A stretch of DNA of 64,000 nt from an uncultured Candidatus Binatia bacterium (GTDB lineage Bacteria > Desulfobacterota > Binatia > UBA9968 > JAJDTQ01), in contig OZ219754.1 of NCBI GenBank assembly GCA_964291295.2, positions 384,001 to 448,000 on the forward strand, in the 5' to 3' direction. The position numbers were made by a program, and so were the translations under genes. Below are positions 10,047 to 21,550 of this stretch, piece after piece. Numbering within the stretch: the stretch's first letter is position 1; every line of letters starts with the position of its first letter. The notes under the pieces are model-generated. The model was not told the DNA's origin, ran no database searches, and worked only from the letters and a program-made list of their open reading frames with translations.

Positions 10047-11369
10047 ATGCTTGACAACATCTGGTTGGGTGCAACCGTCATCTTTCTGTTGATCCTCGCC
10101 AACGGCTTTTTCGCCGCCGCGGAGATCGCCGTGATCGCCACCCGCGGAACGCGCACGGACCCGGCCGGCCGCCGGGGCGCCCGCTCCACCGCGGCCCTGG
10201 CCCGGCTCAAGAACGAGCCGGATCGGTTTCTGGCCACGGTCCAGATCGGCATCACCTTCGTCGGCACCCTGGCCTCCGCCATCGGCGGCGCCGGCGCCAC
10301 CCAGCTCCTCAAGCCGCACCTCCAGTCGCTGCCGATCCCTTACGCCGAGACCTGGGGCAACTACGCGGCCATCCTCATCGCCGTCCTGCCCATCGTCTAC
10401 CTGAGCCTGGTGCTGGGGGAACTCGTGCCCAAGTCTCTGGCACTGCGCTATTCCGAACGCATCGCGTTCTTCGTGGCGCTTCCCATCGACACCATCTCCA
10501 GGAGCACGTCCTTCCTGGTGACGATCCTGACCCGCTCCAGCAACACGGTGCTTCGGCTCTTCGGCGGCAAGGAAACCGGCACCGCCAGCTTCGTCTCCGA
10601 GGAGGAAGTCAAGGCGCTGATCCGCGAAGGTACCGCCAAGGGGATCTTCGACGAGACCGAGAAGGAGCTGATCCACAGCGTCTTCGACTTCGTGGACACG
10701 CCGGTGAGGGCGGTGATGGTCCCCCGCACCGAGATTCACGCCATCGACATCCGGACGGAGCCGGCCGACATCCTGCTGAACTTCGTCGACAGCGGCTTCT
10801 CCCGCCTGCCGGTGTACGAAAACGACCTGGATCAGATCATGGGCATCGTCTACAACAAGGACATCCTCCGTGCGATGCAGGCCAACGAGCCCATCGACTT
10901 GCCCGGCATGATGCATCCGCCCTTCTTCGTGCCCAGCTCGCTGCCCATCAGCCAGCTTCTGAAGGATCTGCAGCGGCGCCGCATGGCGCTGGCCATGGTG
11001 GTGAACGAGTACGGCGAAGTGGAAGGGCTGGCGACCCTGGAGGACATCATCGAGGAGATCGTCGGCGAGATCCGCGACGAGTACGACGCCGAGGAGCGGG
11101 GACCGGTGGAACGGCTGCCCGACGGCTCACTGGTGGTGTCGGGCTCGGCCCTGCTGAAGGACCTCCAGTCGGACTACGAACTGCCCTTCGAGGAATCGGT
11201 GGACTACCATACGCTGGCGGGGTTCGTGCTGGCCAAGCTGAAGCGGATTCCCCGGGGCGGCGAGAAGATCGAGACCGACGGCCACCGGCTCACCATCGTC
11301 GATGTGGAGGGACGGAGGATCGTCAAGATCCGGGTGGAGGAGAACCAGCGCCTCAACGCCGCCGTGTAG
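10047..11369 (+). CDS. Hemolysin-family CNNM/CBS/CorC Mg2+/Co2+ transporter-associated protein
   Basis: NGFFAAAEIA, FLATVQIGIT, GELVPK, a CBS pair (GFSRLPVY) and a C-terminal CorC domain (TLAGFV). Confidence 0.9.
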   Translation: MLDNIWLGATVIFLLILANGFFAAAEIAVIATRGTRTDPAGRRGARSTAALARLKNEPDRFLATVQIGITFVGTLASAIGGAGATQLLKPHLQSLPIPYAETWGNYAAILIAVLPIVYLSLVLGELVPKSLALRYSERIAFFVALPIDTISRSTSFLVTILTRSSNTVLRLFGGKETGTASFVSEEEVKALIREGTAKGIFDETEKELIHSVFDFVDTPVRAVMVPRTEIHAIDIRTEPADILLNFVDSGFSRLPVYENDLDQIMGIVYNKDILRAMQANEPIDLPGMMHPPFFVPSSLPISQLLKDLQRRRMALAMVVNEYGEVEGLATLEDIIEEIVGEIRDEYDAEERGPVERLPDGSLVVSGSALLKDLQSDYELPFEESVDYHTLAGFVLAKLKRIPRGGEKIETDGHRLTIVDVEGRRIVKIRVEENQRLNAAV

Positions 11370-11372
11370 CAC

Positions 11373-12482
11373 TCATGCGGGGGCGGCGCCCCCGGCCGGC
11401 CGCTGGCACCCCTTGCCGACCGGTGCGCCGATCCGCAGCAGCGCTTCCGTTTCCCTGAGCAGCGCCTGGATCTCCCGGGGCCTTCCCACGGTCACCCGGA
11501 TCATGTTCCGCAGTTCGGGGCGGTCGAAGAAGCGCACCAGAATCCCCCGGTCGCCGAGCCCCTCGTACAGCCACCGGATGCTGTCGCTCCCCAGCTTCGC
11601 CATCGCGAAGTTCGCCTGGGAGGCGTGCACCTCGAATCCCAACCTGCGCAGGCCGCGGATCAGCGTCTTGCGTGTCCGCTGAATCCGCCCGACGTTCCGG
11701 CGCATCCACTCCACGTCCTCCAGCGCCGCCGCCGCCGCCGCCAGACTCAGCCGGCAGAGATTGTAGGAGTCCTTGACCTTGAGCAGGTTGCGCACGATCG
11801 CTTCGCTCCCGAACGCCAGCCCCACGCGCATGCCGGCCAGCGAGAAGGCCTTGGAAAAGGTGCGCAGCACCACCAGATTCGGAAAACGGCTGATCAGCGC
11901 GATGGCGGTTTCGTCACTGTCCGCGAAGTCGATGTAGGCCTCGTCCACGATCAGGAGGCCGGCCACCGAGCGGGCCAGGCGGGCGATCTCGCTCACCGGC
12001 GCCAGGGTGCCCGAAGGGGCGTTGGGGTTGCACAGGATGGTCACCTTGCTGGACTGGGAATAGAGCGGCGCCGGTATGGCGAAATCATCCGGATAGGGAA
12101 TCTTGAGGCTCCGTCCGTCCTGTATGGCGATCAGCGTTTCATAGAGGCTGTAGGTGGGGGCCGGGTAGGCCACGCAGTCTTCCCCGCCCACGTAGCAGCG
12201 CATCAGGATGGACAGCAGTTCGTCCGAACCGTTGCCCGCCATGACGTTGGCCGGCCGAACATTGTAGAGGGCGGCGGCGCGCTGGCGCAATTCCCGCGCC
12301 GCGGGATCGGGGTAAAGGCGCAACGATGCGTTGAGTTCCCGGCGCACCGCAGCCAGGACTCTGGGGGACGGCGGATAAGGGTTCTCGTTGGTGTTGAGCT
12401 TGATGACGCCGGTCTGCCGGGGCTGCGCTCCAGGTGTGTAACCTTCCAGATCTTCGATGTTTTTTCTGAGGAGGGACTGCAT
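11373..12482 (-). CDS. hisC: Histidinol-phosphate aminotransferase
   Basis: KLNTNENPY, GNGSDE, NPNAPSG, DEAY and RTFSKAFSLAGMRVG. Confidence 0.93.
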   Translation of the reverse strand: MQSLLRKNIEDLEGYTPGAQPRQTGVIKLNTNENPYPPSPRVLAAVRRELNASLRLYPDPAARELRQRAAALYNVRPANVMAGNGSDELLSILMRCYVGGEDCVAYPAPTYSLYETLIAIQDGRSLKIPYPDDFAIPAPLYSQSSKVTILCNPNAPSGTLAPVSEIARLARSVAGLLIVDEAYIDFADSDETAIALISRFPNLVVLRTFSKAFSLAGMRVGLAFGSEAIVRNLLKVKDSYNLCRLSLAAAAAALEDVEWMRRNVGRIQRTRKTLIRGLRRLGFEVHASQANFAMAKLGSDSIRWLYEGLGDRGILVRFFDRPELRNMIRVTVGRPREIQALLRETEALLRIGAPVGKGCQRPAGGAAPA

Positions 12483-12605
12483 CCGGCGATTCTAGCCAGC
12501 CGTCGCCGCCATTGCAAACGACACGCCGTCCCGGCCTTCGCCGGAACCATGGAGAGACGCCGGAGAGACGCCGGGAGGACGGTTGAGGGCAACCCGTGCG
12601 GCCGC

Positions 12606-15230
<2,625 letters not shown>

Positions 15231-15297
15231 GAGATTCCTCCGGTGTCCCCCCGGTGTCCTTCGGTGTACCGGCCCCGCGGCACCGAACCCTTGTGAA

Positions 15298-15325
15298 AAT
15301 CTAGGTACGGATTCGGCAAAGTCAA
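15298..15325 (-). promoter_or_regulatory. Putative sigma70 promoter for clpB (TTGACT-N16-TAGATT)
   Basis: Near-consensus hexamers on the minus strand about 70 bp upstream of the ATG. Confidence 0.4.
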
Positions 15326-15466
15326 CGCGACCGGCACCCTGCCGGCCCTCCGGAACCAACGGCTGCGGCACACCCGGGACTTGACCCGGGCGGCCGCGGT
15401 TTCCTGGTTCGGCCGCACCATTTCTGCTATCTATCCAGCTATCCGCCCGATTACCCGATCGGATCC

Positions 15467-16624
<1,158 letters not shown>

Positions 16625-16700
16625 CACGTCCGCCAAGGGGGCAGGGAACGCCAAGGGGGCAAGGAACGCCCGCCGGGGGATAACCGAACATCGCCGGACC

Positions 16701-18065
16701 ATGAGCACACACAACCGATACGGCACGCTGAAACGCCTGGACCACACCCACCTGTGGCATCCTTTCACCCAGATGCGGGAATGGATGGGAGAAGACCCCT
16801 GCATCATCGCCGAGGGCGAGGGCAGCTACCTCATCGACGTCGACGGCAACCGCTACCTTGACGGGGTCTCCTCGCTATGGTGCAACCTCTTCGGCCACCG
16901 CCGCCCGGAGCTGGACCATGCCCTCAAGGCCCAGACCGACCGCATCGCGCACTCCACCTTTCTGGGGCTGAGCCACATACCGGGCATCGAACTGGCCGCC
17001 CGGCTTGCGGCCCTGGTGCCGCGGGGCCTCACACGCGTTTTCTATTCGGACAGCGGTGCCACCGCCGTGGAGGTGGCGCTCAAGCTGGCGGTCCAGTACG
17101 GGCAGCTGCGCGGCCGCACCGGCAGGAATCTGTTCGCGCGGCTGGAGGAGTCCTATCACGGGGACACCGTGGGAGCCATGAGCGTGGGCTACAGCGACCT
17201 GTTCCACCATTTCCACCGCGCCCTGCTGTTTCCCTCCCTGGCGGTGAAGCCTCCCTACGCCTACCAGCGCGAGCAGGGGCTGAGCGAGACCGAGGCACTG
17301 GCGCGTTCCGTGGCGGCGGCCCGCGACGTGGTCGGCCACAACAAGGACCGTCTGGCCGCGTTCATCATGGAACCCGTCATGCAGGGGGCGGCGGGCATGT
17401 GGCCCCAGCCCGCCGGTTACGTCAGGGCGATCCGGAACCTCTGCCGGGACAACGACATCCTGTTCATCGCCGACGAGGTGGCCACCGGCTTCGGCCATAC
17501 CGGGCGGATGTGGGCGTGCGAGCACGACGGCGTCAGCCCCGACCTCATGTGCGTCGGCAAGGGCATCACCGGCGGTTACCTGCCATTGGCCGCGACCTTC
17601 GCCACCGAGGAGATATTTTCGGCCTTTCTCGGCGACTACGGGGAGTTCCGGAGCTTCTTCCACGGTCACACCTACACCGGCAACCCGCTGGGCTGCGCGG
17701 TGGCGCTGGCGGGACTCGACATCTTCGAGCGGGACGCGCTGATGGAGAAGGTGCCGCTCAAGACCGCCTGGCTGGAGGAACGGCTCCGGAAGGAGATCCT
17801 CACCCTGCCCCACGTGGCCGAGATACGCCAGCGCGGCTTCATGGTGGGCATGGAACTGGTGGAGGACAAGGCGAGCGGCCGGCGCTACGACCCGGGCGCG
17901 CGGGTCGCCAACCAGGTGGTGCTGGAAGCCCGGCACCGGGGCGTCATCGTGCGTCCGCTGGGAGACACGCTCATCGTGCTGCCGCCCCTCACCATCAGCG
18001 ACAGCGAACTGGAGACCCTGGTGGACACGGTCCGGGACTCCATCCGCCAAGTCACGGGGACCTGA
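16701..18065 (+). CDS. bioA: Adenosylmethionine-8-amino-7-oxononanoate transaminase
   Basis: LWHPFTQM, SSLWCN, YHGDT, DEVATGFG, GKGITGGYLP and HGHTYTGNPL. Confidence 0.94.
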   Translation: MSTHNRYGTLKRLDHTHLWHPFTQMREWMGEDPCIIAEGEGSYLIDVDGNRYLDGVSSLWCNLFGHRRPELDHALKAQTDRIAHSTFLGLSHIPGIELAARLAALVPRGLTRVFYSDSGATAVEVALKLAVQYGQLRGRTGRNLFARLEESYHGDTVGAMSVGYSDLFHHFHRALLFPSLAVKPPYAYQREQGLSETEALARSVAAARDVVGHNKDRLAAFIMEPVMQGAAGMWPQPAGYVRAIRNLCRDNDILFIADEVATGFGHTGRMWACEHDGVSPDLMCVGKGITGGYLPLAATFATEEIFSAFLGDYGEFRSFFHGHTYTGNPLGCAVALAGLDIFERDALMEKVPLKTAWLEERLRKEILTLPHVAEIRQRGFMVGMELVEDKASGRRYDPGARVANQVVLEARHRGVIVRPLGDTLIVLPPLTISDSELETLVDTVRDSIRQVTGT

Positions 18066-18895
18066 TGAGCCGAGGCTTCTTCATCACCGGCACCGACACC
18101 GGCGTGGGCAAGACCCTGGTGGCCTGCGGCCTTGCCGCCGCATTCAGGGACGCCGGATTCAAGGTGGGGGTGATGAAGCCGGCGGAGTCCGGATGCCACA
18201 ACGAGCACGGGCGCATGGTGCCCCGGGACGCGCACCTGCTCAAGGCCGCGGCCGGCAGCGACCAGCCCATCGAGCGCATCTGTCCTTACCGGCTGGGCCT
18301 CCCCGCGGCCCCCAGCGTTGCCGCGGCCCACGCCGCCACCCGGATCCGGCCGGACTTCCTGGTGCGGCTGTACCGCGACATGGACGCCGTCCACGACCTG
18401 ATGCTGGTGGAAGGCGCCGGCGGCCTGCTGGTGCCGCTGCACTCCAGCTACACCTTCGCGGACCTGGCCCGGGAACTGGAGCTCCCGGTGCTGGTGGTGG
18501 TGGGCAACCGGCTCGGCGCCATCAACCAGGCCCTCCTGACCTTCGAACACGCCGCCTGCCTCAATCTGAAGGTGTACGGCTATTTCCTGAACGATATCGA
18601 GGAGGGAGAAACGCCCGCTACGTCCACCAACGCGGCGACACTCCAGGAAATGACCCGAGTTCCGTGCGCCGGCAGGATCCCGTTCCTGCAACCGCAGGGC
18701 TCGGGCGCACCGCCGGAGACGCGCTCCGACCTGGGCCGCCTGTTCCAGCGCCACACCCGGCTCGACCACCTGAAACAGTCCATTGAGTCGGCGGGCGTTC
18801 CCGTGGAGCGAGGTTCCGTGGAGCGGGAGCGGCCCGCCCGCGCCGCGGCGAAGCCCCGCCGCGATTCCGGCATGGCTATCCCGCGGCGCCGATGA
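18065..18895 (+). CDS. bioD: Dethiobiotin synthase
   Basis: ATG overlaps the bioA TGA. Motifs TGTDTGVGKT, KPAESG, VEGAGG and LGAINQ. Confidence 0.93.
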   Translation: MSRGFFITGTDTGVGKTLVACGLAAAFRDAGFKVGVMKPAESGCHNEHGRMVPRDAHLLKAAAGSDQPIERICPYRLGLPAAPSVAAAHAATRIRPDFLVRLYRDMDAVHDLMLVEGAGGLLVPLHSSYTFADLARELELPVLVVVGNRLGAINQALLTFEHAACLNLKVYGYFLNDIEEGETPATSTNAATLQEMTRVPCAGRIPFLQPQGSGAPPETRSDLGRLFQRHTRLDHLKQSIESAGVPVERGSVERERPARAAAKPRRDSGMAIPRRR

Positions 18896-20048
18896 AGCAG
18901 CGGGTCACCTCGTCGTACACCGCCTTCAACGGCACCTTCTTCGACACCGCCACCTTTCGCGCCTCGTCGTACTCCGGAGTGGCCCTGTGCCCGCCCCCGG
19001 GCTCCTCCGCCACCTTGACCGTGAGGGTGCCGAACCGCGTCTTCAGCCTCAGCGTCCTGCGCGCCAACACCAGCCGCTCCACCATGTAGCAACGCACCCC
19101 CAAGGTGGAAGTCTCCCGGAGCACGACTTCGGCCAGCGCGTCCCGGAGTTCCGGTGCGGCGACGATGCGCAACAGCGTACCGGGCCGGTTCTTCTTCATC
19201 TGCACCGGCGAAAGCGCCACGTCCCGGGCGCCGGCGGCGAACAGACGTTCCAGCACGTAGTCGTAGATCTCCGGGTTCATGTCGTCGATGTGGGTCTCCA
19301 TCACCAGCATGCGGTCGCGGCCCAGGGCGGGCGCGCCCTCGCCCAGCACGATCCGCAGGAGATTGGGCCGGTCCGGGAACTCCAGCGTGCCCGCCCCGTA
19401 GCCCGCGCCCTTGATGCGCATGGCCGGGACCTCTCCCTTCCGCGTGACCAGCGCCGAGAGGATCGCCGCGCCAGTGGGGGTGACGTTCTCCGCTTCGAGC
19501 CCCGCGTCCTCCACCGGGAACCCCTTGAGCAGTTCCAGGGTTGCCGGTGCCGGCACCGGCAGCACCCCGTGCAGCGAGCGGGTCAGGCCCCGGCCCAGCG
19601 GCACCACCGAACAGGCAAAAACGTCGATGGCCAGATGACAGGTGGCGATGGCCGCCGCCACGATGTCCACGATGGAGTCCACCGCCCCCACTTCGTGGAA
19701 GCGAACCTCCTCCGGCGGGATCCCGTGGACCCTGCCCTCGGCATCGGCCAGCCTGGAAAAAATTTCGATCGAACGCGCCTTCACCTCCGCGGTCAGCCCG
19801 CTCTCCTCGATCAGCCGTCGAATCCCGCTCCAACTCCGACTTGGCCGCTCCTTGCCCGCGATGACCTGGAACCGGACCGCTCGAATCCCGCTGGCGGTCT
19901 TGCTCCCCGCCCGGAGCCGGAAGTCAACGCCCGAAAGCTTGCCCAACTCCTCCCGGAGCCGCTTGCGCGGCAACCCCAGGTCCAGCAGCGCAGCCACCGT
20001 CATGTCACCGCTGATACCGGAGATGAGATCGAAGTAGGCGATCCTCAT
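18876..20048 (-). CDS. larC: Nickel-pincer cofactor biosynthesis protein LarC
   Basis: SGISGDM, FHEVGAVDSIVDI, PVPAPAT, TPTGAA, MKKNRPG and ETSTLGVR. Confidence 0.92.
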   Translation of the reverse strand: MRIAYFDLISGISGDMTVAALLDLGLPRKRLREELGKLSGVDFRLRAGSKTASGIRAVRFQVIAGKERPSRSWSGIRRLIEESGLTAEVKARSIEIFSRLADAEGRVHGIPPEEVRFHEVGAVDSIVDIVAAAIATCHLAIDVFACSVVPLGRGLTRSLHGVLPVPAPATLELLKGFPVEDAGLEAENVTPTGAAILSALVTRKGEVPAMRIKGAGYGAGTLEFPDRPNLLRIVLGEGAPALGRDRMLVMETHIDDMNPEIYDYVLERLFAAGARDVALSPVQMKKNRPGTLLRIVAAPELRDALAEVVLRETSTLGVRCYMVERLVLARRTLRLKTRFGTLTVKVAEEPGGGHRATPEYDEARKVAVSKKVPLKAVYDEVTRCFIGAAG

Positions 20049-20105
20049 GTGCGGGGGCCTGAAGCTGCGGGCAAGGCGTGGTCCTCTCGCCGGCGGTTCC
20101 TTCGG

Positions 20106-21362
20106 TCAGAACAGATCGGTCAGGTCGGAGTTGCCCGAGACGGGTCGCGGCGAGTCGGAGACCGTTGGCGGCGAGACCGAGCCTCGCGCCCCGGGCCGCT
20201 GGATCGTCAACTGGCGCCGACCTGCCAACTCCTCGAACCGTTCGCGGAACAGGCACTTGTGCTCCCTCGCGCTGAAGTAAAGCCATCGGACGGCGCGGGA
20301 GATGCCGACGAACAGCCATCGTTCCCATAACGCGGGCGGACGGCGCGAGAAGGTCTCCGCCTCCAGGCGAGGCATCAATACCGTATCGAAAGTCAAGCCC
20401 TTGGCGCTGGGGTAGGCCATCGCCTTGGGACGAAGCGTACCGAAGTCGATGGTCGGCAGTGTGGATCGATTCCGCCTTCCCGGCCACGCGGGTACTTCAA
20501 CCTCCACACCGGCCTCGTTCAGCCTCTGCGCATAGCCAAACACGTGCCGGCGCGTGGGGAACAGCAGGGCGATGCGCTCGCCCTTGTCGATGCGCGCGCG
20601 AACCACTTCGACGAGCTGCTCGCGTTCGTCCTCAAGGTCACCTGCGAGGTACAGCAGCGGCGGCTGGCGCTCGCCCTTGTCGATGGGTGGGTTCTGGCGG
20701 ATGAACCAGCGACGCTCGGTCTCGTCGGAAATGAAAGCGGCCGCGGTCCGGACAACATGGGGTGAACAGCGGTAGGCGTCGAGCAGGGTCGACGTGCGCC
20801 GGTGCAACCGCAGGCGGGTCAACAGGTCATGCTCTTCGATGCCGTTTTCGTAGATCTGCTGCTTGTGATCCATGAACACGGTGACGTGAGCGGCAACCGT
20901 GGTCAGAATGGCATAGGCCCGGGCATCAAGATCCTGCCCCTCATCCACCATGACAAAGTCGTACAGCGGCATCAGGCGGGACCGCGAACGCACCTCCGTC
21001 CAGACAGCCTCACGGACCGCATCGAAGTCAGGCCCCTCCTCGCCCCGCGGCAATGTCCGCCGGACATATTGCCTGTAGAATTCCTGACACCAGGCGTCGA
21101 AGGTCATGATGCAGCCGGCAGGCAGGTCGAGGTCGTCGAGGGCCGTGCTGATATAGGCCTTCAGGGAGTTGGTGAAGACCAGCAGCCGGTAACGCGCCGG
21201 CGGGATATCGCCCTCATCGACCAGGTGTCTGGCACGGTGCAGCAGCACCAGCGTCTTGCCGGCACCCGGCGAACCCAGCACCAGGTGATGCTGCTTCGCA
21301 TTCATCTCTACCGCACGAATCTGTGCGGACGTCAGTTCATTGCGGGGAACGAGCCAACCCAT
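20106..21362 (-). CDS. Compact superfamily-1 (UvrD-like) helicase/ATPase
   Basis: SF1 motifs I GSPGAGKT, Ia VFTNSL, II DEGQD, III DHKQQIY, IV YRCS, V SAKGLTFD and VI LFVGISRA, in only 418 aa. Confidence 0.85.
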   Translation of the reverse strand: MGWLVPRNELTSAQIRAVEMNAKQHHLVLGSPGAGKTLVLLHRARHLVDEGDIPPARYRLLVFTNSLKAYISTALDDLDLPAGCIMTFDAWCQEFYRQYVRRTLPRGEEGPDFDAVREAVWTEVRSRSRLMPLYDFVMVDEGQDLDARAYAILTTVAAHVTVFMDHKQQIYENGIEEHDLLTRLRLHRRTSTLLDAYRCSPHVVRTAAAFISDETERRWFIRQNPPIDKGERQPPLLYLAGDLEDEREQLVEVVRARIDKGERIALLFPTRRHVFGYAQRLNEAGVEVEVPAWPGRRNRSTLPTIDFGTLRPKAMAYPSAKGLTFDTVLMPRLEAETFSRRPPALWERWLFVGISRAVRWLYFSAREHKCLFRERFEELAGRRQLTIQRPGARGSVSPPTVSDSPRPVSGNSDLTDLF

Positions 21363-21550
21363 GGGAACTCGGCTTTCCAGGAGCCTGTGTCGCAGGACGC
21401 TTCGGGATGTGACCGGTGGGAGAGCATGACCAGATTTTCGTCCAAAATGCCAGAAACGTGTAGCCTTGTCCCATTATTGGACATGAATTGGGTGCCAAGT
21501 GGGACTCTGATGGATCTCTGTCCCACGAAAATTTTTTGCGGCGCAGGCTC

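Noticed and set aside
11367-11374. TAGCACTC, resembling a CIRCE half-site near clpB
   Set aside because: There is no second half-site, and it lies between convergent stop codons rather than upstream of clpB.
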